Source: Candidatus Obscuribacterales bacterium (GTDB lineage Bacteria > Cyanobacteriota > Vampirovibrionia > Obscuribacterales > Obscuribacteraceae). From it: a DNA stretch of 64,000 bases. The translations under genes and the position numbers were made by a program. The stretch spans positions 416,001-480,000 of the forward strand of contig CBDDIJ010000005.1 in the NCBI GenBank assembly GCA_965228855.1, in the 5' to 3' direction. Of this stretch, positions 1 through 9,158 are shown in pieces; position 1 is the stretch's first letter; the number at the start of each line of letters is the position of its first letter. The notes beneath the pieces are model-generated. The model had not been told where the DNA came from, ran no database searches, and saw only the letters and a list, made by a program, of their open reading frames with translations.

Positions 1-1
1 A

Positions 2-424
2 ATTGTTGACTCAAGACGAATCAAGTTATTTGCGCTCGCGCTTTTCGCAACAACGTCACTTAGCGCATGCGGCTCCGAGGCGACCAGCTCATACGACGAT
101 ATTTCCGAATCTGAAGCCAAAAGCGCAATGACTGAAGACTTTGCAGTTCCGATTTATCCGGACAGCACTCTATTCGAGTCGAAGAGGAGCGACGGCGGCT
201 CTCTGACGATCACCGGAAGCTTTCACTCACCCGACGCCTGCCCGGACATAAGCGATTGGTATTCCAGGAGATTGCGCATGCAGAACTGGGTGGTTACCGG
301 AATCGAGAAGGCGGACTCGTCGTGCGAAGTGGTCGCTAACAAAGGTAAAGAAGAGTGCAAACTCAATGCCACCAACAACGGCAGCCGTTCGACTATCACT
401 ATTAGATACTCGAGACCTAAGTAG
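2..424 (+). CDS. Putative lipoprotein, 5' end probably cut by the window edge
   Basis: The frame of ORF 128..424 stays open back to position 2 and reads IVDSRRIKLFALALFATTSLSACGSE: basic residues, a hydrophobic stretch and an LSAC lipobox. The mature part (VPIYPDS...WYSRRL..QNW) looks like a small secreted alpha/beta domain. Confidence 0.6.
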   Translation: MVDSRRIKLFALALFATTSLSACGSEATSSYDDISESEAKSAMTEDFAVPIYPDSTLFESKRSDGGSLTITGSFHSPDACPDISDWYSRRLRMQNWVVTGIEKADSSCEVVANKGKEECKLNATNNGSRSTITIRYSRPK

Positions 425-443
425 TTCGCCTGGACGGAACTCG

Positions 444-932
444 CTAGCGTTCGTTCACAGGAACTAGAATATCGAACTCGCTGTCCGGTGAGTCCGCTCT
501 GAAACGATCGTCATAAACTTCAAGAAGAGGTGCGCCAGTCTTTACCAGACCTGAATGAGCTGGCGCCCATGTTGCCCAGATAAACTTGAGCGTTTCCGGC
601 AAACCGGCAAGCGTGCCCTTATGTGTGAAAGCAGCATACTTAGAAGCTGGTATGCAGAACCTAACCATATTTTTTGGATGCTCTTGAGCGCATTGGACCG
701 GAGCTCCAGCCATGTAGACGAAAGTCTCTCCAGAATCAAGGTGAACTTCGGGATGACTATCGAAACAGAGACCTAGTAAATATCCAGGCTTCGCGTTTTC
801 AATCTCGCTTACCCTGGGTAGAAATTTATTCCATAAGCTTCCCATCGCATCGTGCGCACCTTCTGTAAAACCGTCGGCGATGCCGACTACGATTTCCGCT
901 TCACGGTGCACCATATTTGGTTTCATTCGCAA
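444..932 (-). CDS. GyrI-like (AraC effector-binding) domain protein
   Basis: Motifs LWNKF, YMAG, IPASKYAAFTHKG, IWATW and EVYDDRF...DILVPV are typical of the GyrI-like small-molecule-binding fold. Confidence 0.85.
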   Translation of the reverse strand: MRMKPNMVHREAEIVVGIADGFTEGAHDAMGSLWNKFLPRVSEIENAKPGYLLGLCFDSHPEVHLDSGETFVYMAGAPVQCAQEHPKNMVRFCIPASKYAAFTHKGTLAGLPETLKFIWATWAPAHSGLVKTGAPLLEVYDDRFRADSPDSEFDILVPVNER

Positions 933-934
933 AC

Positions 935-1849
935 CTAAGAATCGACTTTGCGAGTAGCGTCGGAGTATTGCTGTAGCTTGAGGCCTTGCGCTTTTAAGAA
1001 CCAGCGACGCACTCGGGACATCCAGTATCGCGGTCCGCGTTGAACGTGGCCTCTCGCACTCGCCAGTCTATAACGCTCAAGTTCGAACTTGACCTTATGT
1101 AACTCGGAGCGAAACTCTTCGGTCTTGAATGCGACAGACATTGCTCTGTCAGCCTGATCCTGGAGATCCGGAAGCAGACGTAGTTCGGTTTCCAAGGTTG
1201 CGATTCGGGCGCGATCTTCGACGCGGTCTGTCAACAGTTTGATGATCGTCTCTTGAGCTTCGATGACCAGACGGCGCATTTCTTCCAGCTCTTGCGTCTT
1301 ATCCTCGACGCGAATATCGTGATACTTCACTTCTTCCGGAGCGGATACCAACTGTTGCGCTTTTGCGAGACTGAGCCTCATGTTGCCCGCATCATCGCCT
1401 TTGAGAACTTGAACAAATCCCTCGAGTAACGAAACCAACTCATTGCGGGAAACTCTATCGTCTTCCGTGACCAGAGCGTTCGTCAACGTCGTCGTATCAG
1501 TGTCTTCGACAGGTGCCAGCTCATCGGCTCTAATATTCCGCGCTACCGGACCGGGCTTGGACGGTAGCTTGCCTCTTTTGACAGCAGAAGCGTGCATCTG
1601 AGCATAGTCAAAAGTGCCAATTGTTTCCACACTGTAGTCGTTCTGCTCGAGCTCTTCGGTCACTATCTCATCGACACCGTCGAATCCGCGGGTGAACAAA
1701 TCACTCGGCAAGTTGCGATGGACTCTGACACCATCAGCGCCACCAGACACCGCTGCAGCAGGCGAAAACATTTGATCGAGACCATCCAGCGAAGCTGGAT
1801 CGGGCACATCTACTGATTGTGACTGACTCATGGTAGGCTCTCCCGGCAA
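935..1849 (-). CDS. Hypothetical coiled-coil protein with a C-terminal amphipathic helix
   Basis: TTG start preceded by a GGAGG RBS. Acidic N-half, long heptad-rich C-half (ELEEMRRLVIEAQETIIKLLTD...), tail YWMSRVRRWFLK. Confidence 0.7.
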   Translation of the reverse strand: MPGEPTMSQSQSVDVPDPASLDGLDQMFSPAAAVSGGADGVRVHRNLPSDLFTRGFDGVDEIVTEELEQNDYSVETIGTFDYAQMHASAVKRGKLPSKPGPVARNIRADELAPVEDTDTTTLTNALVTEDDRVSRNELVSLLEGFVQVLKGDDAGNMRLSLAKAQQLVSAPEEVKYHDIRVEDKTQELEEMRRLVIEAQETIIKLLTDRVEDRARIATLETELRLLPDLQDQADRAMSVAFKTEEFRSELHKVKFELERYRLASARGHVQRGPRYWMSRVRRWFLKAQGLKLQQYSDATRKVDS

Positions 1850-2122
1850 ATCCCTCCTGGATTATCCTTGATCCCGCGGCGAGTTGTCCAGTAAAACTAT
1901 GGTGCCGTATGTGGTGCCACGACGCTATATACATCGACTATGGAGCTTACCAAAAGCGTCGCCCCTCGCTACACCCATATCCACTAGCCATACACCACCA
2001 GTAATACAAACATGCAACGGCTATAGAAGCGAGCAGAAGTGGAAGCACTCGGCAAGCTAAGCGAAACAGCCTGTAATCAGCCTTTTGTCAAAACTAATTT
2101 AAAACCATTTTTATCGCACAGC

Positions 2123-3949
2123 CTATTCAGGCTTTTTCTTCGCTTTTGGTTTCGGCTTCGCTTTGCTTTCGGTTTTCACGCCGGGTGTCGATCGTTTGAT
2201 ACCGTTGAATTGCTCGACCATCTGTTTCACCAGTGGTGCAGCCGCGGTACCGCCGTGACCGCCGTGCTCGACAAATCCGCAGCAAGCGATTTCCGGATTT
2301 TCTGCAGGCGAATAACAGGCAAACCATCCGTGCGTTTTACTGCCCTTTGGAGGGGCTTCTGCAGAACCCGTCTTTCCAGCCATGGTCACTTCCGGAATTC
2401 GAGAGCGACCTGCAGTACCCGCTTCGACTACGGCTTTCAGACCGTCGTGCAGTATCTTCATGTAGACCGGATTGACTTTCCAGACTTCAGGCCGAGGAGC
2501 AGGAATTTGACGATCGGCAATCTTGATCACTAGATGGAGGAATGGCACTCGGCCGCCCATGCCATAGCCGGCATACATGCGCGCAGCCTGTGCCGGTGTC
2601 ACTTGCAAGAAGGTCTGACCAATCGACATGTGAATCGTGTTGCCGCGATACCACTTTTCATGAAGCCGTCTCATCTTCCATTCGGAGTCCGGCACCAAAC
2701 CTGATCTTTCGTTAGGTAGCTCGAGCCCAGTTGGACGCCCTGCGCCGAAACGATTCCCCCACAGTTTGATATCCTCTGGTTCCAAACCTAGTGCCATCTG
2801 GTAGAACGCTGTATCGCGAGACCACTGCATGCACTGGACGAGGTTGTAAACAGCGGCTTTGCCGGTCCAATCGTGGAACGTGAAGCCACCGAGGCTCAGT
2901 CCACCTGAAACATGCAACTTGGTATCGGGCTTCACAACCTTTTTGTCTAGTGCCGCCAGTAGTGTCACAGGTTTCCAAATAGATCCAGGTGGGAAACCGG
3001 ATAGAGCGCGGTTGTGCAATGGGTGACTGGGCGAGTTCAAGACCCGGCGATCTTCTTTCGTCATACGCCGGGTGAACACGTTAGGGTCAAAGCTCGGTCG
3101 AGAAACAAGGAAAAGGACTTCACCGGAACGCGGGTCGCATCCCACGAGTGCGCCGGATTTCTCAGCCAGTATGTTGAAGGCGTGACGCTGTAGATCAACG
3201 TCGATTGAAGTAACAATAGGCAGTCCCGGTTTAGCTTTTTTAGTGACTACCGGCTTTGATGTTTCCGGAGAAAGCGCATGACCAGAGGCATTTACACGAA
3301 CACGTTGCTCGCCGTCGACACCACGAAGTTGATCGTCATAGATTTTTTCGATCCCCGCCTGACCGACAACGTCTCCCATTTTTCGCTCGGGTCTTTCCTT
3401 TAGCTGCGATTGGGTGATTTCACGACAATAGCCCAGCACGTGCGCTGTAGCATCGGCGTGAGGATAAGTTCGGCTGATGTCCGGTAAGATATCTATGCCT
3501 TCGAGAAAAATTTTCTGCTCGTAAAAGCGACTGACAATTTCCATGTCTACGTCATGTTCAATCACCACGGGTAGTACTGAACCTGAGGCTTTTGCCTTCA
3601 TCAATCTATTGAGCACTTCCGGGTATTCGAGCGCCAAAATTTTGCACAGACGTGTAGCCAGATCTTCCATGTGGTCAAGCTGATTCGGAATTGCGATCAT
3701 GGACAACGACTGTTTGTTGGTCGCCAGCAAATTTCCGTGGCGGTCATAAATACTGCCACGTGGAGCACGCAGAAACGTTACACGGGTGGAGTTTTCGACG
3801 GCCTGACCCTTGTAGTGCTTCTCGTTGATAATCTGGAGCCAACCCAAACGCAGAACGATTAGAGCAAGCGCCATGAGAACGACCGAAGACAGAACGACTG
3901 CCTTGAATGCAGCCTCATCGCCGTTGGTTCTGTGCATGACGTGGCTCAT
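2123..3949 (-). CDS. mrdA: Penicillin-binding protein 2 (class B transpeptidase)
   Basis: N-terminal TM, RGSIYDRHG, GSIWK (SxxK), SRD (SxD), KTG. Follows mreD; the ATG at 3949 overlaps the mreD stop (ATGA) and has a GGAGG RBS. Confidence 0.95.
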   Translation of the reverse strand: MSHVMHRTNGDEAAFKAVVLSSVVLMALALIVLRLGWLQIINEKHYKGQAVENSTRVTFLRAPRGSIYDRHGNLLATNKQSLSMIAIPNQLDHMEDLATRLCKILALEYPEVLNRLMKAKASGSVLPVVIEHDVDMEIVSRFYEQKIFLEGIDILPDISRTYPHADATAHVLGYCREITQSQLKERPERKMGDVVGQAGIEKIYDDQLRGVDGEQRVRVNASGHALSPETSKPVVTKKAKPGLPIVTSIDVDLQRHAFNILAEKSGALVGCDPRSGEVLFLVSRPSFDPNVFTRRMTKEDRRVLNSPSHPLHNRALSGFPPGSIWKPVTLLAALDKKVVKPDTKLHVSGGLSLGGFTFHDWTGKAAVYNLVQCMQWSRDTAFYQMALGLEPEDIKLWGNRFGAGRPTGLELPNERSGLVPDSEWKMRRLHEKWYRGNTIHMSIGQTFLQVTPAQAARMYAGYGMGGRVPFLHLVIKIADRQIPAPRPEVWKVNPVYMKILHDGLKAVVEAGTAGRSRIPEVTMAGKTGSAEAPPKGSKTHGWFACYSPAENPEIACCGFVEHGGHGGTAAAPLVKQMVEQFNGIKRSTPGVKTESKAKPKPKAKKKPE

Positions 3950-4554
3950 CTGGCCTCCATCATATGCCGATAGCGTGCAAACTCGTACCAACCTCGCATC
4001 GGTAAAAACACAAACGGCGCTATCAGAGCGTTTAACACCGCTTCGGTAACGGAAATTTCGACGAAGTTCTCAATCACCAGAGGGCGACCAAGAATGAACA
4101 ACTGTAGCGCCGTTAGCGCTTCGGCAAAGAAGGTAAGAATTACGACGAGCGGAATCACAAGGACCACGGCCTTATTGAAATTACGCAAACAAAAATAGCC
4201 TGAAATCCAACCCACGATTGGATAAGCGAGCGGATACATCGGTAGAACCGACGAGTAAAGCGCGGCGAACGCAGCCCCCAGTAAAGCGCCACTAATGGAA
4301 CCGGAGAGAGCCTGGCGCAAGAGAACGGTTTTTACAGTGCTGAGCCGAAGCTCATCGATACTCGGTTTCAAGAGCGGCGAACCGAAAGTGATTCCCCAAA
4401 CAATAATAAGCGTGAGGGGAACGGAGCATTGAACACCAGTAACAAACAAACGGCTCACTACAGCCAGCTGCATAACCCAGGCACCCGCGACTATTAGCAT
4501 CGTGATTCCGATGGCACCAATGCGTCTTCGAGTTTGGATTGAAAGCCAGGACAT
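3946..4554 (-). CDS. mreD: Rod shape-determining protein MreD
   Basis: Multi-pass hydrophobic protein lying between mreC and mrdA. Confidence 0.8.
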   Translation of the reverse strand: MSWLSIQTRRRIGAIGITMLIVAGAWVMQLAVVSRLFVTGVQCSVPLTLIIVWGITFGSPLLKPSIDELRLSTVKTVLLRQALSGSISGALLGAAFAALYSSVLPMYPLAYPIVGWISGYFCLRNFNKAVVLVIPLVVILTFFAEALTALQLFILGRPLVIENFVEISVTEAVLNALIAPFVFLPMRGWYEFARYRHMMEAR

Positions 4555-4555
4555 T

Positions 4556-5362
4556 CTACTTCTGAGCCATCGGCGGTAACACTAGGACCTGATTCAAATC
4601 GTAGCAATTTTCCGAAAGCGCGACATCAATTTTCATAGAAGCGCCATCAACGTCGCGACTGATCGATTTGACGGTTCCGACCGGATGATTCTCCGGGAAT
4701 ACGCCGCCTTTACCGAAACAAACGATTTTGTCACCGATGTCCACGCTAGTTCCCACTGGGATGTAATCCATTACGGCTAGCTGCTGCCCGTTGCCCGCGA
4801 TAATTCCAGGCAAACCTATCCGTTTGATAAGCACGCCCAGTTTTTGCTCAGGGTCGGTGATCAGGCGCACTACCGATGCGTTTTTATCGACAGATACGAC
4901 CTGCCCCACAACGCCCTCACGCGTGATCACAGCACTGCCTTTGCTGACGCCGTCCTCGAGACCCTTGTCCAGTACGACTTGCTCAAACCAATTGTCCGGG
5001 TTGCGCGCGATCACTTCGGCAGCAATCGTCTTTCTGGTCAACTTTTGTTTTAAACCGAGAAGACCGCGCAAATTGTTGGTATCACGAGACTCGCGCCGCA
5101 GAGTCGTTAACTCGAGCTCCGATGCGGCCAACTTACGTTCGAGGTCGCGTATGCGCTGTGAAGACTCGAACACTTCCTCCGCCAGGTTACGGGTAGACTC
5201 GACCTGGTAGACACTTTTGGTGATCACTCCTGAAACCATCGTTGCAGCAGTCAAAAGCATACCGGCAGCAGGACCACCGATCATAATGATTACGATGATT
5301 AGAAAAATCGCCTCGGCGATAGACTCCGATTGGCTCCCAAGCCGATGTGAATCACCCGCCAC
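4556..5362 (-). CDS. mreC: Rod shape-determining protein MreC
   Basis: TM, coiled coil, AEVIARNPDNW, LDKGLEDGV, GVVGQV, GGVFP; directly after mreB. Confidence 0.92.
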   Translation of the reverse strand: MAGDSHRLGSQSESIAEAIFLIIVIIMIGGPAAGMLLTAATMVSGVITKSVYQVESTRNLAEEVFESSQRIRDLERKLAASELELTTLRRESRDTNNLRGLLGLKQKLTRKTIAAEVIARNPDNWFEQVVLDKGLEDGVSKGSAVITREGVVGQVVSVDKNASVVRLITDPEQKLGVLIKRIGLPGIIAGNGQQLAVMDYIPVGTSVDIGDKIVCFGKGGVFPENHPVGTVKSISRDVDGASMKIDVALSENCYDLNQVLVLPPMAQK

Positions 5363-5374
5363 GAATGCGACCTC

Positions 5375-6409
5375 CTATTTACGGAATTCGCAAAGATCGC
5401 GCACACGGCTGTAAGCCGGGTCCGTCAATAGCTTTCCAGTTCCGATCACCACACAGGAAAGCGGATCGTCGGCGATGAAAACCGGCACTTCTGTTTCACT
5501 TGAGATAAGTTCATCAAGACCTTGAAGCAACGCGCCACCACCAACGATGACAATGCCGCGATTGTAGATGTCGGCAGCAAGTTCAGGCGGTGTTTTTTCA
5601 AGCGTTCTTTTGACGGCACCGACGATGGCTCTGAGCGGCTCAGCGATTGCTTCGCGGACTTCACCGCGACTGACAGTTACAGTGCGAGGCAAACCGTTGA
5701 TAAGATTCAATCCCCTGACGTTGTACTTGTCGTTTGTCTCCGTCTTCCAGGCAGAACCCAGACGGAACTTCAGTTCTTCAGCAGTCTTTTCGCCAACATC
5801 AAGACTGTGGACCTTCTTGAGATAAGTACGAATAGCGTCGTTGAGTTCGTCGCCCGCGATACGAATCGATTCATTGACGACGATGCCGGATAAGGATAGA
5901 ACTGCGACTTCTGTGGTACCGCCCCCGATATCAACGATCATTGAGCCGGTTGGCTCCGTCACAGGAAGCTCGGCTCCCATCGCAGCACACATCGGCTCTT
6001 CCGGCATGTAGATTCTCGAAGCCTTGGCATTCTCGGCCACTTGCTTAATCGCGATTTTTTCTACGCTTGTTATTCCTGCAGGAACGGCAATCACGATTTC
6101 CGGATTGCGCAACATCGTCTCCTGCTGAGATACACGTTTTATAAACTCGTTGAGCATAAACGTGGCATCATTCAGCTCAGCGATAACGCCGTCTCGCAAC
6201 GGCCGGCTTGCCCGCACTCCTTGTGGCGTGCGCCCGATCATCGCTCGCGCTTCTTCGCCTACAGCGATGGGCAGGTTGGTATTACTATCGATGGCAATCA
6301 CAGACGGCTCTCGGAGCACGACGCCATGACTTTCCACATATATAAGCGTATTAGCAGTGCCCAGGTCGACACCAACGCCTTTGCTGAAAAACCCTTTGAA
6401 CAAGCCCAC
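5375..6409 (-). CDS. mreB: Actin-like rod shape protein MreB
   Basis: DLGTANT, EPSV, RPLRDGVI, EEPMCAA, DIGGGTTEVA, GGGALL. Confidence 0.98.
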   Translation of the reverse strand: MGLFKGFFSKGVGVDLGTANTLIYVESHGVVLREPSVIAIDSNTNLPIAVGEEARAMIGRTPQGVRASRPLRDGVIAELNDATFMLNEFIKRVSQQETMLRNPEIVIAVPAGITSVEKIAIKQVAENAKASRIYMPEEPMCAAMGAELPVTEPTGSMIVDIGGGTTEVAVLSLSGIVVNESIRIAGDELNDAIRTYLKKVHSLDVGEKTAEELKFRLGSAWKTETNDKYNVRGLNLINGLPRTVTVSRGEVREAIAEPLRAIVGAVKRTLEKTPPELAADIYNRGIVIVGGGALLQGLDELISSETEVPVFIADDPLSCVVIGTGKLLTDPAYSRVRDLCEFRK

Positions 6410-6519
6410 TTTCGCAACTCCCGACAGGGTGAAATAGCGCTACCAAAGTAAAGTCTAACACGCTAAATCGGCTTTATGTCAGTATAGAAGCCAGAAATAA
6501 GCGACTATATAAATGATCG

Positions 6520-6741
6520 CTACTTCTTGCGGCTTACTCCATATCCGATGACATTGCTCTTCACGAGCGTAAAGTCACCGTTATCGAGCGCGAGCGAAAA
6601 TGCGTGTTCATCAAACCAACGCAACTTTCCTGTGTAATTTCCACCATCGGCGGTCTTAAAAGTAAGCCGTTCACCGTCTTTGATAAACCGCTGTAGTTCA
6701 GCTATTGACGGGGGTTTCCCTTCGTTGCCGGAATTAGACAT
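6520..6741 (-). CDS. hfq: Hfq-related Sm-like protein (cyanobacterial type)
   Basis: PSIAELQRFIK...YTGKLRWFD...LVKSNVIGY matches the recalled cyanobacterial Hfq pattern (PSxRQxQ..IK..G.I.WQD..I.Y); 73 aa. Confidence 0.75.
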   Translation of the reverse strand: MSNSGNEGKPPSIAELQRFIKDGERLTFKTADGGNYTGKLRWFDEHAFSLALDNGDFTLVKSNVIGYGVSRKK

Positions 6742-6790
6742 CAGGTCTACCCTCTACTTATCGCTTGGCAGCTAATCGCGAGTCTGCTTC

Positions 6791-8020
6791 TTAAACGTCG
6801 GATGCGTCACGCAATTTTGCATTTTCAAGCTCAGCATCATGACGAATAGTCTTATGCTTGTTGACAACATACTGCCGCCCTTTCCAATTTACCTGAGCGC
6901 CAAACAGAACCAGATATGCAGAATGGATGTACAGGCAGGACACAGCGATTCCACCGAACGGGATCAGGAAGAAATGCCGCCAGTCTACTCCGGCGTGATG
7001 CTCGGTGGTTTTTCTCCACCAGAAGCCGAATATGATCCACTGAACCGCAACAAGCGACGTCAGACGCATCAAATTGCCGGAGACATCGCCCTCGTACCAT
7101 TCTGCGATAACCCAGGCAAGCTCGAGGTATGGAACGAGCAAAATCGTGTTCAACATAACGAGGATGAACACAAGGTTGAAAATTTTGCTGTCGATAAGCG
7201 AGTAGACATTCTTCGTCCATCCCTGCCAGAGAGACTCGAAGTCTGTGTACATGCGAACACTGTAAAGGGTTTTGCCATCAGCGACAGCAATCTTGTAACC
7301 CTTCTCCTTGAAGACGCGTCCGATTGCGTGATCTTCGACGATTTCATCACGAACGCTCTGGTGTCCACCGATCGCATGATACGAAGAGCGGCGACATAGA
7401 ATGTACTGTCCATAAGCGTATGCCCGCTCTGCTTCCGGGTCGTTGACTGTATGGAATGGATCGCCCAGTAAGAACGAGCTAAGCAAAACCGGCATGACAA
7501 GCCGCTCCCAGAAGCTTCCAAGCTCCTGCACGGGAACGAACGAAATCAAATCGATTTTGTTTGTAATAGCGTAAGAGACTGAGTCTCTGAGCGAGTTGGG
7601 ATGATGATACGTGTCAGCGTCGGTAAAAATGAAGAAATCACCGGATGCATACCCGACCGCATGAGCTAAAGCATTGCACTTGCCGATCCAGCCATCAGGC
7701 GCGTCCTTGCCCTGGACCGACTTGATACGCTTATCTTTCGCGGCGAACTCAGCGATTATCTGTCCGGTTGAGTCAGTAGAACGATCGTCGATGATGACGA
7801 CTTCGAAATTCGGGTAATTCTGCTTCAGGACTGAATCTATGCAGCGCGCGATTTTGGCTTCTTCATTACGCGCCGGAATAATCACAGAGACAAATGGCAA
7901 ATTCTTGTCTTCGAACTGCGAGCGCTCGACCGGTTTCAAAAGCGCGTAGAAAGCGCATGTGAGTCCGAAAAGACTCAGAATCAAAAGGGTGCTGATTAAA
8001 AAGATGCTGACTGAAATCAC
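6791..8020 (-). CDS. Family 2 glycosyltransferase, membrane bound (HpnB/CrtQ/CruG-like lipid glycosyltransferase)
   Basis: [35 protein letters not shown]...W.GW.KN; C-terminal TMs and a WKGR motif. Confidence 0.88.
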   Translation of the reverse strand: MISVSIFLISTLLILSLFGLTCAFYALLKPVERSQFEDKNLPFVSVIIPARNEEAKIARCIDSVLKQNYPNFEVVIIDDRSTDSTGQIIAEFAAKDKRIKSVQGKDAPDGWIGKCNALAHAVGYASGDFFIFTDADTYHHPNSLRDSVSYAITNKIDLISFVPVQELGSFWERLVMPVLLSSFLLGDPFHTVNDPEAERAYAYGQYILCRRSSYHAIGGHQSVRDEIVEDHAIGRVFKEKGYKIAVADGKTLYSVRMYTDFESLWQGWTKNVYSLIDSKIFNLVFILVMLNTILLVPYLELAWVIAEWYEGDVSGNLMRLTSLVAVQWIIFGFWWRKTTEHHAGVDWRHFFLIPFGGIAVSCLYIHSAYLVLFGAQVNWKGRQYVVNKHKTIRHDAELENAKLRDASDV

Positions 8021-8895
8021 CCTGCGGCACCACCGTATTCGTAGAATCCCTTACCAGTTTTTCGTCCAAGATGGCCCGCCGAAACGAGCTGCCGGAGAAG
8101 CGGACAAGGTCGGTACTTCGGATCTCCGAAACCCTCCTGCAGCGTCTCCATGACGTGAAGAACAATATCCAGTCCGACGAAGTCGGCTAGAGCAAGCGGT
8201 CCCATTGGATGGTTGTAACCGAGTGTCATGCCGAGGTCGATTTCCTCGGGAGAGGAGAGCCCCTCCATCAGAGCAAAAGCGGCTTCGTTGATCAGGCAAA
8301 GACCCAATCTCGTTGTGATGAATCCGGGGAAATCCTTCGACTTGATGATCGTCTTGCCCATTTCTTCGCCGAATTGCCTGACTTTGGCGACTGTGTCAGA
8401 CGAAGTGTCGCATCCGGGAATGATTTCGAGCAGTTTCATCACATGCGCAGGCGAGAAGAAGTGCATGCCGATGAAACGGTCGGCGCGTTTCGTGGCAGAA
8501 GCCAGACTGGTAATCGGCAAGGAAGATGTATTTGAGGCGAAAACAGTGTCAGCCTTGCAAATCTCGTCGAGCTTCTTGAAAAGGTTTCGCTTAACATCGA
8601 GGTCTTCAACAATCGCCTCGATGACAAGATCGCAGTCCTTTGCATCCTCTAAAGATGTTGTCGAGACGATTCGCTTCTTGACGTCTGCGAGTCCTTCATG
8701 GGTTAGAACTCCTTTCTCGACGGATTTCTTACCGAATTTGTCGATCTCGCCCGCCGCCTGCTTGAGCGCCGCTTCTGAGACGTCGTACAGGTGGACGGTG
8801 GCTGTGGTTTTCGTGGCAATCAGGTAAGCAATGGCTCTACCCATAAAGCCGCTGCCAGACATGAAAACCTTTGAAAAGGTCGCTGCGGTTGGCAT
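8017..8895 (-). CDS. hbd: 3-hydroxybutyryl-CoA / 3-hydroxyacyl-CoA dehydrogenase
   Basis: GSGFMG Rossmann motif, [35 protein letters not shown]. Start placed at ATG 8895. Confidence 0.92.
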   Translation of the reverse strand: MPTAATFSKVFMSGSGFMGRAIAYLIATKTTATVHLYDVSEAALKQAAGEIDKFGKKSVEKGVLTHEGLADVKKRIVSTTSLEDAKDCDLVIEAIVEDLDVKRNLFKKLDEICKADTVFASNTSSLPITSLASATKRADRFIGMHFFSPAHVMKLLEIIPGCDTSSDTVAKVRQFGEEMGKTIIKSKDFPGFITTRLGLCLINEAAFALMEGLSSPEEIDLGMTLGYNHPMGPLALADFVGLDIVLHVMETLQEGFGDPKYRPCPLLRQLVSAGHLGRKTGKGFYEYGGAAG

Positions 8896-9158
8896 TTGAA
8901 GATTCCTAGTAATCCACCAATAACGACAAGATCCTAGCATCAAATAGAAAAAGGCGTCGAGACGGGTGCAACACAATAAGAACTGTCAGGATCGACAAGT
9001 CGCCTCGAAAAATGATTTTTTCGTGTTTTCTAATTCCTTTTTAGTGCGTTGCTGATAGCTTGATAAACCAACTTCGCATATCGCCAGAGTAAAACTGATT
9101 TTACTTTTTCGATAAGCCGGACCCTGCCACTCGTGTCAAAAACCGAAAGAGAGACGCA

